A stretch of 64,000 nucleotides of DNA from Candidatus Micrarchaeota archaeon (GCA_040753215.1 JBFMEZ010000013.1:18911-82910), one strand, 5' to 3'. Shown: positions 29,881-39,430, counted from the first letter of the stretch. Numbers and translations: made by a program. The notes: generated by a model not told the origin, from the sequence alone.

Positions 29881-30450
29881 TTAAAGCGTTAAAACCTTTC
29901 TTAAATCTAACTCTCCGGGCTTCACAATCACAGTCTTCACTTCCGCGCTCTCCCCCGCACCTCTGTCCCAAAAACTGTCCCCTATGAATACCACATCCTC
30001 CCTCCCAAACCCAAGCTCATCCATCAGGCTGAAAATCATATCCGGGTGCGGCTTCGCTTTTTGCACGACGTTCCTTCCTCTTATCGCATCCACCTCAAAC
30101 CCGGCCTTCTCCGCAATCCCCTGTATCAAAGGCACATTATTGTTAGAAGCAATCCCAACCTTGTGCCCGCGCTTCTTAAGCTCCTTCAGGATCTCCCTCG
30201 CCTGTGCGTAGATGAGATATTCGGAATTATCCAGGCATTCCTTTTCATATTTCCAGAAAATCCCGTCCACAACCTTCTTCCTTCCCAGTGTATCGGAAAC
30301 CTGGTTTGCGAGAAGGGCGATGTGGGTTTTGGGGTCCAGCTCTAGCCCTTCCTTCAGCCCGTATTCCAGCACTTCCTGCTTCACCACGTCCCAGTCTATC
30401 CACAGGTGGGCAAGCGTATCATCCAGGTCGAAAATGAATAGCTTTGGCAT
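29881..30450 (-). CDS. HAD-superfamily hydrolase
   Basis: FDLDDTL, ASNN, KPHPD, IGDS..D. Start moved to MPKLF because the ORF-track extension overlaps tRNA-Cys. Confidence 0.92.
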   Translation of the reverse strand: MPKLFIFDLDDTLAHLWIDWDVVKQEVLEYGLKEGLELDPKTHIALLANQVSDTLGRKKVVDGIFWKYEKECLDNSEYLIYAQAREILKELKKRGHKVGIASNNNVPLIQGIAEKAGFEVDAIRGRNVVQKAKPHPDMIFSLMDELGFGREDVVFIGDSFWDRGAGESAEVKTVIVKPGELDLRKVLTL

Positions 30451-30451
30451 T

Positions 30452-30550
30452 AGCCAGGGGAGGGAATCGAACCCCCCTATGCCGGTTTCTTCTGTGGGAT
30501 TTCTCCCCCTGGAGCTGCAGCCGGCCACATAGCCTATCTGTCACCCTGGC
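30452..30550 (-). tRNA. tRNA-Cys(GCA) with a 28-nt intron at 37/38
   Basis: GCCAGGG/CCCTGGC acceptor, U discriminator, GCCGG-CTGCAG[intron]A-CCGGC, TTCGATT T-loop. Confidence 0.92.
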
Positions 30551-30652
30551 AGGCCAGTTTCCGGTTTCCAGTTCCCGGTTTCCAGAATCTGGCCTGGCAA
30601 TACTCTGGTGGGATTAAGGTATTAAAAAGCTACGCCGCTATTTTACCCTGCT

Positions 30653-30758
30653 GGGCCCATAGCTCAGGCTGGTTAGAGCGACGGTCTTATATGGCCTGCT
30701 CTAATACAACAGGTTCTAAGACAGCCGTAGGTCTGGAGTTCAAATCTCCATGGGCCCA
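30653..30758 (+). tRNA. tRNA-Ile(TAT) with a 31-nt intron at 37/38
   Basis: GGGCCCA/TGGGCCC acceptor, ACGGT-CTTATA[intron]A-GCCGT, BHB central helix CTTA/TAAG, TATTAAAA box about 25-33 nt upstream. Confidence 0.93.
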
Positions 30759-31172
30759 ATCTCATTAATTTTGTTGCCGGTTTCCGGTTTCCCGTTTCCG
30801 GAAACTACGTCTGCAAAATTAGGTTTTTCTATTTCCTTTTTTGGCTTGTTTTTGGGGGGTTTCAAATATCTTGGGTTTTGGGCCCTACGGTTTTTGAAAT
30901 CCATATGTTTTTCACCTCATTTCTTGATATTTTTTCTTGATGTTTTTATACTTTTAGGGAGCATGTTTCCGATTAACACGCTCCGCTAGGCACGCCTGTT
31001 GCACGAGACGCGTCAGGCAACGGCCGAAAAAGCCTAGCGCGGAGCCGGTTTCACCTTATAACGTTCTGTATCGCTTCGCGATAACTGGCAGAAACCAGCG
31101 GGTTTCCGCCATCCGGTTCCTTGCTTTGGGGCTTATTTCAGCCTCAATCCATTCCAATTTCAAATTTCCTAG

Positions 31173-31610
31173 CTAATCATCGTCATCACCCCCACTTATC
31201 GCGTGTTTGAGCTTGCAAAGCATCGAACGGACACGCACTAGGCAAGACATGAAATTGAGATGCTCCCTCTGCGGGATGATTTTCAGGGAATTGCACAAGT
31301 CGAGCCAATATTCGGTTTCGTTGGCTTCGCCTATGCAGGTAACCAGCTTCTGGTTCTGTGCCTTCTTGGAATCAATCGCTCCCATCTCCGCCAGGTTCGC
31401 GCAGATGGAAGACGCGGAGGCAAGGAGCTGCTCCTTCGCCCTCCTGCTCATCTGCTTGTCTTCCATAAACTCAAAAATATCTTTTGACAGGCGGAAAGCC
31501 TCCTCATAAACCTTCAAATTCTTGAAGTTCTGCATAACCTCACCATTTTCCGACTTCGCGGCTCTGCTCGTAGAGCGCCCATTTCCTTTCATCAACCTCA
31601 ATTTTCCCAT
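31173..31610 (-). CDS. four-helix-bundle protein (TIGR02436 / IVS-protein-like family)
   Basis: FKNLKVYEEAF.LS, EQL...ASSICANLAE, ..GEANET.YWLDLC. Confidence 0.9.
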   Translation of the reverse strand: MGKLRLMKGNGRSTSRAAKSENGEVMQNFKNLKVYEEAFRLSKDIFEFMEDKQMSRRAKEQLLASASSICANLAEMGAIDSKKAQNQKLVTCIGEANETEYWLDLCNSLKIIPQREHLNFMSCLVRVRSMLCKLKHAISGGDDDD

Positions 31611-31662
31611 TTTCTTCCATGTTTTTCACCACTTCCCTTCCCCGGCTTCTCCTTTCGGGGAA

Positions 31663-31943
31663 GTTTTAGAGCGAGCTTCACTCCGAAGCCCGCGGTTTGA
31701 CGTTTTACGGGCTGAAAGGAGTGAAGCGAGCAAAACTTTCCCACGTCGCAGAAGCAGAGGTCGCTCGTTCGGTGTGAGCGATTATTCGTTTAGGCGAAGC
31801 CGACCTCGGAGCGAAGGCGAAAATGCACATTAATGGTTTCGGTCATTAGACCGAACCCGAAGGGCTCGACCATTAAGTGCTTTTCGCCGAAGCGGAGAGG
31901 GAAACGATTAATGCGAGCACGCCGGAAGGCGAGAACGAGCGAC
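31663..31943. other. highly structured non-coding region (nested inverted repeats; possible ncRNA or MITE/REP-like element)
   Basis: GCTTCACTCC/GGAGTGAAGC (31675-31727); GTCGCTCGTTC/GAACGAGCGAC (31760-31943) enclosing GGCGAAAA..GCAC..TTAATGGT/ACCATTAAGTGCTTTTCGCC and TTCGGTC/GACCGAA. Confidence 0.75.
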
Positions 31944-33124
31944 TATATCACTGAAAGACCGCCAACAATTCTCTTGGTTAAGTCCGATATCCGAGAAAAT
32001 TCCTTATCAACTATCTGCCCGATGGCTTCCCTAATCGAATTAAAGCATTTTCTGCCCGTGCTTAATGAAATTGTTGCATTTGCAGGCATGTCAATAGGAT
32101 GCCCAATTCTTGAAAGCAAATAAACATCTACATTTTCTACAAATGGGAATTCTCTTACAACCCTTTCAGCGATTTCAAATGCAAGAACCGAGTAGATTTT
32201 TCCAGTATGGCTTACCGGATTTTTGCCAGCAGTCGCTTCTAATGTCATCGGCCTGAAAGGAGTAATCAATCCGTTTGCACGGTTCCCTCTCCCGACCGAG
32301 CCATCGTCACCCATCTCCGCACTCGTACCGCTCAAAGTCAGGTATATTGAACCGGCTTCTTCATTATCCGCATTGTTTACCTTTACTCTTACATTTCCGA
32401 TTTCTCTGGTTTCGGCAAAATCTATCACCTCGCGCTCTATGGTCTTTTTGGCTTCTATGTATTCATCCATATTCGTTATATGCCTGGAAACAATCGCAAT
32501 TGCAATAGTAAGCTCTATCCCATCACCGTTTCGCAATCCCATTACCTTTACATCCTCGCCCGCCCAAGGGTATCTCGCCTTAAACTGTTCCGCGTTCAGA
32601 TATTTCTCAACTTCCAATACCAGTTTTTCGAGCCTGCTTAGTGGTGCATAGCCAACCCCAAAACTCGTATCATTGGCTAGTGGAATGCCCGGTCTTCCTG
32701 ACATCTCATCCCACTTCGGCCAGATCTCAGTGATGGTGGATTGTATCGCTACGCCCTTGGAAAGGTCCAGATGCCTTACGCTCCTTCTGATGTGCTCTTC
32801 GGTTGCTTCTCTTGCGATTTCTTCCACAGGAACGCCCCCAAATGCCCTCCCGCTTAATACTATCCGAATTGGTTTCGTAAACCGCCCGCCCCCGAATTCC
32901 ACTTCCGTTGCACCGCCACATACCAGCCCCTTATCCACATTATGATGCCTTACCCTGCTGAATTTGTTGATGTATGCTTCACTTAGGCGACGGCTTACGT
33001 TTTCCATTATGCCGTCTATCAGCGTATCTGGATGGCCGATGCCCTTCCGCTCGACCATTTCAACAGGTCGCTTATGTATCGTTGTCCCGCTGTTCCTTTC
33101 AACAATTATACTTCTCACGTGCAT
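31943..33124 (-). CDS. mat: archaeal-type S-adenosylmethionine synthetase
   Basis: EMVERKGIGHPDT, HHNVDK, P.ANDTSFGVG, GEDVKVMG.R, YLT..GTSAE.GDDG.VGRGNR, AGKNPV.H.GKIY. Confidence 0.96.
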   Translation of the reverse strand: MHVRSIIVERNSGTTIHKRPVEMVERKGIGHPDTLIDGIMENVSRRLSEAYINKFSRVRHHNVDKGLVCGGATEVEFGGGRFTKPIRIVLSGRAFGGVPVEEIAREATEEHIRRSVRHLDLSKGVAIQSTITEIWPKWDEMSGRPGIPLANDTSFGVGYAPLSRLEKLVLEVEKYLNAEQFKARYPWAGEDVKVMGLRNGDGIELTIAIAIVSRHITNMDEYIEAKKTIEREVIDFAETREIGNVRVKVNNADNEEAGSIYLTLSGTSAEMGDDGSVGRGNRANGLITPFRPMTLEATAGKNPVSHTGKIYSVLAFEIAERVVREFPFVENVDVYLLSRIGHPIDMPANATISLSTGRKCFNSIREAIGQIVDKEFSRISDLTKRIVGGLSVI

Positions 33125-34134
33125 CCCTCTTCCCGGAAAGGCTCATGGATGACCATGAAGCCTCGGTTAGTGCCAAAGTAAACATTGCAGCGCATTGTGG
33201 CGTCGCCCAATTCCATCGTACGATGAAGCATCCCCCTTTCTATGCGCTCAAAATGCACATACGAACCGGTATGAAATCCTTCATTTTCTATATAGAAATT
33301 CACAACGACATTGCAGCCCTTATCAAGCAGCTGTTGCACAGCATCCGAAGCTTTCCCTGGGCATGGCCTTCCCATGCAGAAATCGCAGTAGCAGAGTTCG
33401 GCATCATCCGGTTTTCGTGTGGCGCAAGCCAAATCGCTTTGCAGATATACTGCCGTTTCAGGAGCCGCCCCATAGATTCTCTCAATTAGTTTTAGCCATG
33501 CAGCCAGTCTTTTTGTGTATTCCAATACAAGGCCAGCGTTTGGTTTGCTAATGTCCGTAGAATCGACCGAAGCTTCATTATCTGGGCAAATCGAGACTAC
33601 TGATTGGATGCCTCTCCTCTCGGCTACGCCCGCCAAAGTAAGCCCGATGCTTGCCATGGCATTCAGGATTCGCTGATGGTAGAGTGCAAGGTCAAGCCTG
33701 CGAATGCCCGACTCCCTAGTTCCTTCGAAGCCGAGGGCAATGCGTCCTTCATGCTCGCTCAACTGTTGCCCATTTTTCCTTTTTTCTATCACGTCCTTAT
33801 ATTTTGAAGCATACTTCCTGAGGCCTGTGGCTATTGCTACCGAAGGATTCCCAATCTGTACCCCAAGTTTTGAGCCGGCGGGAACACGCCTTAGGAGCGG
33901 CTCGAAATCCGTTTCGACCTTCACCTGCAATGGACTCTTGAATTCTACCCCAACTGGATTGCCATGCTGCACAAATGCGGCAGTAAACAGGCAGGCAAGC
34001 ATCCTTTCTGGGTTTTTTTCTTCTACCGGCTCCTGTTTGCTGAAATAAAAGGCTTTGATCCTGCCTCTCTCGCACAATTCCCTTGCCTTATGCATCGCTT
34101 GCATCATTAACACCCCGAAGCACTCCATTCTCAT
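33115..34134 (-). CDS. hypothetical protein (possible degenerate PRTase-like alpha/beta fold)
   Basis: Operon position between the PLP enzyme and mat; VSICPDNE and AVQQLLDKGCNVV only weakly PRTase-like. Confidence 0.6.
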   Translation of the reverse strand: MRMECFGVLMMQAMHKARELCERGRIKAFYFSKQEPVEEKNPERMLACLFTAAFVQHGNPVGVEFKSPLQVKVETDFEPLLRRVPAGSKLGVQIGNPSVAIATGLRKYASKYKDVIEKRKNGQQLSEHEGRIALGFEGTRESGIRRLDLALYHQRILNAMASIGLTLAGVAERRGIQSVVSICPDNEASVDSTDISKPNAGLVLEYTKRLAAWLKLIERIYGAAPETAVYLQSDLACATRKPDDAELCYCDFCMGRPCPGKASDAVQQLLDKGCNVVVNFYIENEGFHTGSYVHFERIERGMLHRTMELGDATMRCNVYFGTNRGFMVIHEPFREEGCT

Positions 34135-35086
34135 CGAAATAGATTCCAGAGCCGCTGTTTACCACCAGCACAGATTTATCCGATGGAATGGCGGTCTTCC
34201 TTGCAGCGGCGAATGCCACAGCAGCACTTGGCTCCGCCTTTATGCCCACTTTCTTCAGCGCAAGATATGCTGGCATGATTTCGTCTTCTTCAACTACAAC
34301 CACTTCGCCGAATTCAGGGAGAGTCCTCACTATTCTCTCAAACAATTCGGACCAAGGCGTGACCAGCTTTTCTGCAATTGAGCAGGCACCTGGAGCCGTA
34401 TCACCAGCGAATATGTTGGCCCCCACGGTCGCTGCGAACAGCCGCGGCAGATTTTCTCCGGCTCTGTGCAGTTCATCAAGAAGATATAGCAGAGAATTTA
34501 CCGCCTCTCCCCCGCCCAGAGGCATGAAAATGGCATCTGGTTTTTCAGCAACAACCTCTTCTGCAAGGTGCATATAGCTAAATGCATAATTCTCGGCATC
34601 TATGCAATCCCTTTTGTCGTCCTTTATCCCGGTTTTTGCTGCTTCTAAAATTTCCTGCCGTGTGAAAATCTTTTTTTGCAATGGCAATCTTACAAGAACA
34701 GAATGCCTTTCAAGCACTTTCTGTATCCTAAGGTCCAGCTCTTCGTCTATTATGCTTACCGCAAGGACGCCATCTTCCCTGGCAACTTCGTTGATTTGGT
34801 TGTACTCATCCGCCACATTCCCAAGGCTGTGGCCTGCGGTAGTGTAGACTATAGAGTATAGAGCAGGGTTTCTCGCCCCAAAATCATTCACCAGCCTTGC
34901 ACTGCGGTAGTCCTTGAATGTGCCCGAAGAAAAACCGCCCGAGGTCCGAACCGCACTGCAATCTTTTATCAGCAGGTTATTTTTTCCGCAGAATTCTTCC
35001 ACACTAGGGTTTCTAAGAACTGGCGCAGGAACTATAACGACTCCTTTTCTCTCCATACGTTTGCTCATCATATCATCAATTATCAC
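34088..35086 (-). CDS. PLP-dependent fold-type II enzyme (threonine synthase/cysteine synthase-like)
   Basis: SGTFKDY Schiff-base Lys motif, TTAGHSL, PLGGGE phosphate loop, EPSAAVAFAA, VNSGSG. Confidence 0.85.
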   Translation of the reverse strand: MIIDDMMSKRMERKGVVIVPAPVLRNPSVEEFCGKNNLLIKDCSAVRTSGGFSSGTFKDYRSARLVNDFGARNPALYSIVYTTAGHSLGNVADEYNQINEVAREDGVLAVSIIDEELDLRIQKVLERHSVLVRLPLQKKIFTRQEILEAAKTGIKDDKRDCIDAENYAFSYMHLAEEVVAEKPDAIFMPLGGGEAVNSLLYLLDELHRAGENLPRLFAATVGANIFAGDTAPGACSIAEKLVTPWSELFERIVRTLPEFGEVVVVEEDEIMPAYLALKKVGIKAEPSAAVAFAAARKTAIPSDKSVLVVNSGSGIYFDENGVLRGVNDASDA

Positions 35087-35167
35087 AAACGATTAATATA
35101 AAATCTACCATCAATTTTTCTGACAAAAATGGTTAATAATTTAAATTATTACATCTATGTCCTAATA

Positions 35168-36157
35168 ATGCCTTACAAGATTGATAACATAGACCGACGA
35201 ATCCTCTTTGAGCTCGACAAGAATTGCCGGATAAGCGACAACCAGATTGCTAAGCTTGTTGGCAGGAGCAGGGAGTCTGTCGGCTATAGAATCAAACAGC
35301 TTCAAAAGAAAGGCATACTGCAAGGTTTTCTTACGTCCATAAACCCCAGCAAATATGGCTACATGTTCTTCAAGCTGTATTTTCAGCTTGCAAACATCCC
35401 GAAGGAACGTGAGCGGTTTTTCGAGTATATGAAGAAATTGCCTGGCCTATACTGGATAGGGATTAATGATGGTGTCTGGGACACCCATGCAACCCTGTAT
35501 GCCAAGAATGTAAAGGAATTTTATAAGATAAAAAATCAGATTTATTCGGAGTTCAAGGATTTGATAATCAAGCGGGATACCGGAGTTTTGGTTAATGTAA
35601 GGCAGTACAAGAAAAAATACCTCATAGAAGATGGGAGCAAAATACCGGATTATGATTCTTGTGTCATGTTTTCAGATGATATTGTTCCTAACGAAATTGA
35701 CGAGCTTGACAGAAAAATCCTCAATATACTGCTGAACAATGCCAGGATTCCACTTGTGGATCTGGCCAAACAAACCAAATCTACGGTTGATGTAGTCCGA
35801 AACAGGATGAAGAAGTTGCAGGAAAAGGGAATAATCCTGCAATACAGAATTGCAGTGGACCATTCAAAACTCGGTTATGAATTTTTCAAGGCTTTTCTGT
35901 ACTTTAACAACCTTAGCGAAGAAGACGAGCAAAGATTGTTCGAATATGCAAAGGGGCATCCGAGCATCATATATCTCATAAGGCAGGTTTCAAGCTGGGA
36001 TGTTGAGCTGGAGATGGTTTGTAAGAGCTACGAAGATTTCACTTCCATCATGAACGATATTCGAAAAAGATTCGCAACCTCTTTGAGAAACTATGAATCT
36101 GTCTTTATGAAGGAGGATATCTGGGTGTTTGGCGAGAAGGATATTTTTGAAAAATAA
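35168..36157 (+). CDS. tandem-duplicated Lrp/AsnC-family regulator
   Basis: Two units, IDNIDRRIL.EL..NCR and IDELDRKIL..L..NAR, each with HTH and RAM domain. Confidence 0.92.
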   Translation: MPYKIDNIDRRILFELDKNCRISDNQIAKLVGRSRESVGYRIKQLQKKGILQGFLTSINPSKYGYMFFKLYFQLANIPKERERFFEYMKKLPGLYWIGINDGVWDTHATLYAKNVKEFYKIKNQIYSEFKDLIIKRDTGVLVNVRQYKKKYLIEDGSKIPDYDSCVMFSDDIVPNEIDELDRKILNILLNNARIPLVDLAKQTKSTVDVVRNRMKKLQEKGIILQYRIAVDHSKLGYEFFKAFLYFNNLSEEDEQRLFEYAKGHPSIIYLIRQVSSWDVELEMVCKSYEDFTSIMNDIRKRFATSLRNYESVFMKEDIWVFGEKDIFEK

Positions 36158-36160
36158 AAT

Positions 36161-36189
36161 GAGCGCCGGAAGGCGAGAACGAGCGACTA
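36161..36189. repeat. partial copy of the 3' end of the 31760-31943 structured element
   Basis: GAGCGCCGGAAGGCGAGAACGAGCGACTA matches about 31915-31945 except for a 2-nt gap. Confidence 0.85.
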
Positions 36190-36221
36190 CAATCGGTTTG
36201 ACAGAACAATCAGAAAAGTAG

Positions 36222-36878
36222 CTATGGAACAGCTGGGTCAATCAAATTCTTCTGTTCAGGTGTGCCGAGATACTCCTGTTTTGCCTCGTTATCAAATTCC
36301 GGCCTTATCATTTTTGCACGGAGCTGAGCAGAAAGGGAGAGTTCCCTTTCGGGCTTTATCACTAAGCCCTCCATGGCGGAGTTTCTTCCTGTGATTGGAT
36401 CCACTGCGTATGCTGATGTAATAGACATCAGAGGAGAAAGCTCGGACGCGTCACGGAAATTTCCTGATGCAACTATTGGCACCGGGAAGAAATCTGCCGG
36501 AACCGTGTCCGGTACGCACAACAGCCCTTTGCGTATATCGGATGATAGATGCATTCTGCCTTCCGAATCAAGGAAAACCTCTTTTTCCATGTCAAAAATG
36601 TCAAAAACCGCATATCTGCCCGGGATTCTATAAAAAACTGAACGCATCACGAGCAAATCTTCTGCAAAGACAAGGTATCTGCACCCTGCAAGGAATGCGC
36701 GCGGCTCTCCGTCCATCTTTTCTTCCACAACTACTTTCCTTGCGAAAAGTGCGCGAAGCTGTTCCGGAGTCAGGTGGTTTTTTGTCAGCGGCATCCCATC
36801 TGCAGCGATTCTCCTTGGCTTGAAATACCGCACCTGCGGGAACCTATGGTCGCATAAAATGCCGTTGTCGTTATACAT
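36222..36878 (-). CDS. RNA ligase family (Rnl2-like adenylation domain)
   Basis: Motif I EEKMDG, FAE, FDIFD, motif IV EGLVIK, motif V RAKMIRPEF. Confidence 0.88.
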   Translation of the reverse strand: MYNDNGILCDHRFPQVRYFKPRRIAADGMPLTKNHLTPEQLRALFARKVVVEEKMDGEPRAFLAGCRYLVFAEDLLVMRSVFYRIPGRYAVFDIFDMEKEVFLDSEGRMHLSSDIRKGLLCVPDTVPADFFPVPIVASGNFRDASELSPLMSITSAYAVDPITGRNSAMEGLVIKPERELSLSAQLRAKMIRPEFDNEAKQEYLGTPEQKNLIDPAVP

Positions 36879-36888
36879 CGCAATCCCT

Positions 36889-37830
36889 TCATAGTTCTGG
36901 CAGCGAAAGAGTGGGCTCTTCCTTGCTTACACGCTTGGCTGCAGGATAGTAGCGTCTTATGGCCTCCAGAACCATCTTTGTCTGGACAATGCGCTCCCTT
37001 AACTCTTCTTCAGTAGGCAGATGGTTCTGGTCCTGTTGGGAAACCGGACCGCATTTCAGATAGACTGGAGAAGCAATCCTGATAAACTCCGGAACCTCGT
37101 ATGTTCTTATGAAACCTCCTGCCACAAGCGCAGTATCTGTGAATATATCTATCGGACAATCAATTGCAGCCCTTATCGCGCCAAGCATTGGCAGTTCCAG
37201 GTCAGGGACTGGGTTTATTGTATCTGCCCCATTTTGTGCGTATACCGCACAAGAAGCTGGATTGGAGCAGCCACAATGAACCGAGAGCTTGAAGATTGTG
37301 CTAGGAGGGAGTTCTCCATCTTTTCTCATGCGGTTCAGGACATGCAGCAGTCCTTCATCATAAACAAGGATGCCCCTTACTCCCAGCCCGATGACCCTTT
37401 TCACGTCTTCTACGGCCCTTACGAGATTTTCCATTCCCCTAAGCCTATACCCTATTCTTGAGCCGTTGGGCGTTTTTGCGAAGGCGCTGGTGTCATAAAG
37501 AGCCCTCGGGCCAACGGACATCACGAGGCCGATCCTGTTTTCCCTGCACAGCTTTGCCATTTCTAAGATTTCCTTGTCCGTAAGCCGGAATATTCCTCTG
37601 CACTCATCAAACCTGTCCGCAGAAATGCCCTGCTCACCGAGCAATCGGAATGCCCTCTTCATAATCCTGAGATTGTTCATGCTGGAAAGTTCTATCCCAT
37701 ACTGCCCGCCCCTGGAAAATGCCTTCCTGGAAGGGGGCAGCCCGTAAAGGTCGGAAGGCGGCAGGCCCAATTTCCGCAGGTATCGCCGGGTATCCCTGCC
37801 CACCAGAAGTGCAACAGAACTCTTCGTCAT
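36889..37830 (-). CDS. U32-peptidase-like TIM-barrel protein of unknown function
   Basis: LP.S.K.F..G.QY.IE, L.D.EI.EM, VGPRA.YD, RG...L..AVEDVKR...LGVRGILV.DEGLL, NPAS, PVYLK.G. Confidence 0.8.
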   Translation of the reverse strand: MTKSSVALLVGRDTRRYLRKLGLPPSDLYGLPPSRKAFSRGGQYGIELSSMNNLRIMKRAFRLLGEQGISADRFDECRGIFRLTDKEILEMAKLCRENRIGLVMSVGPRALYDTSAFAKTPNGSRIGYRLRGMENLVRAVEDVKRVIGLGVRGILVYDEGLLHVLNRMRKDGELPPSTIFKLSVHCGCSNPASCAVYAQNGADTINPVPDLELPMLGAIRAAIDCPIDIFTDTALVAGGFIRTYEVPEFIRIASPVYLKCGPVSQQDQNHLPTEEELRERIVQTKMVLEAIRRYYPAAKRVSKEEPTLSLPEL

Positions 37831-39329
37831 CTCGCCACCATCCCGATTCTTTCCCTGTTAAATTTTCCCTTCAGGAAATATTTCGCAAAGATGCGGAAAT
37901 AGAACGCGTCCTCCTTCGTCCGTATTGAGAATTCAGGATACGCAGACCTTATATCTGAAAACTCTCCATCCGAAAGCCTGCTGACCAATTTCGCATATTC
38001 ATCCTGCTCAAATTCCCTTCTCCTGCCTGCACCGACCGGAAAGGGGCACTTCTCCCTGCCTATAACGAACTCCGGGACTTCACTCCTGAATGCTTCCCTC
38101 AAAATCCATTTCGTAGTGTTGTTGTGCACTTTCAGAGAAGGGGGCAAGCCCATGGCATACTCAACCAGCTCTTTATCCAAAAATGGAACCCTCACCTCGA
38201 CCCCGTGCGCCATGGACATCCTGTCCACCCTCTGCAGCTGCGTCCTATGGAGAAGGCGCAGATATTCCATCAGCCTGGCCTGCAACTCAGCTTCGCTCCG
38301 GATTTGCCTGAACTCAGAATAGCCTCCAAATATCTCATCCGCACCTTCTCCAGAGAGGGCGACCTTTATCCCGCAATCGTGGACCATCTTTGCAAGATAA
38401 TAAGATAATCCAAGCGTATTGACCTGGTTTGGCTCAAAGGTTTCACCAAAATAGATGAACATTTCAAGCTCTTTTTCAACATCAATCATCTTCGGATCAA
38501 ATACCTTCAACTCAACCCCGAAATATTCCGCAACTCTCCTTGCATATGACAAATCTTCTGAGCCATTCCCGCCAACGCAGAAAGCCGTAACATCCTGATG
38601 GCATTCCAGTGCGTATTTCAATACAAGCGTGCTGTCAACCCCTCCGCTAACCAAAACCGCAACAGGCAGGTCGATCTGAACCCTTTTTCTGACCGCTTCG
38701 CGGAAAAGGGTCCTGAGCCGCTTTTTGATTTCCCCAGGCTCTTCCGGAGGCTTGCTGCCTTGCATCCGGAAATACCTGTGTATTTTCCCATCGAGAAAGC
38801 AGGCGCCTGGCTCCAGAACCTTTATCTCTTCTGCATTGAGATGCGCCAGCGCCTTCATCTCAGAGGCAAAAGCCATGCAGCCATCCATTTCAGCGTAGTG
38901 GAACGGCTTTATCCCGAACGGGTCCCTTGCCGCAAGGATTACATCTTTCCTGGAGTCGTAGATGATGAAGGCAAACTGCCCATCCAGCTTCTGAAGCAGA
39001 TCCGGCCCCCATTCTTCATATCCATGCACCAGCACTTCAGTATCCGAGTCGGTCCTGAATCCATGGTTCCCCAGCAAGCTTCTAAGCTCTCCATGATTGT
39101 AGATTTCCCCGTTGAAAACAACGAAAATAGAATTGTCTTCATTCGGCATTGGCTGCCTCGCGTTTTCCCTATCCACTATCGCAAGCCTATGGGCGCCCAG
39201 AAGGCAATTCTTCAGCATCCTGCACTCATTCTTCTTATCGCCCCTGTGCTCCATCGCGCCCAGCATGCTGGCTAGCAGCTCTCTCTTTTGCATTGCTTTA
39301 TGGCCACATACTGCAGCTATCCCGCACAT
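37827..39329 (-). CDS. asnB: asparagine synthetase B-like glutamine amidotransferase
   Basis: MCGI Ntn Cys, HRG.D, RLAIVD, FNGEIYN, SDTEV, RD.FGIKP, SGGVDS, GEGADE.FGGY, E.RVPFLD. Confidence 0.95.
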   Translation of the reverse strand: MCGIAAVCGHKAMQKRELLASMLGAMEHRGDKKNECRMLKNCLLGAHRLAIVDRENARQPMPNEDNSIFVVFNGEIYNHGELRSLLGNHGFRTDSDTEVLVHGYEEWGPDLLQKLDGQFAFIIYDSRKDVILAARDPFGIKPFHYAEMDGCMAFASEMKALAHLNAEEIKVLEPGACFLDGKIHRYFRMQGSKPPEEPGEIKKRLRTLFREAVRKRVQIDLPVAVLVSGGVDSTLVLKYALECHQDVTAFCVGGNGSEDLSYARRVAEYFGVELKVFDPKMIDVEKELEMFIYFGETFEPNQVNTLGLSYYLAKMVHDCGIKVALSGEGADEIFGGYSEFRQIRSEAELQARLMEYLRLLHRTQLQRVDRMSMAHGVEVRVPFLDKELVEYAMGLPPSLKVHNNTTKWILREAFRSEVPEFVIGREKCPFPVGAGRRREFEQDEYAKLVSRLSDGEFSDIRSAYPEFSIRTKEDAFYFRIFAKYFLKGKFNRERIGMVAR

Positions 39330-39430
39330 TTTACCACTATTAATAAACATCCAGAGCTTATTTTATGCTTTATCCTCCCAAAAGAGACTATTAAGCAAAC
39401 AATTAAATACCCGGAAAGGGAAAACAAACC

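Noticed and set aside
31173-31945. Diversity-generating retroelement (Avd-like gene plus structured RNA)
   Set aside because: No reverse transcriptase and no TR/VR pair differing at adenines was seen in the window.
36889-37830. Calling the U32-like gene a tRNA hydroxylase (TrhP) acting on tRNA-Ile(UAU)
   Set aside because: It lacks the Fe-S cysteine motif of TrhP/RlhA; only proximity supports the link.
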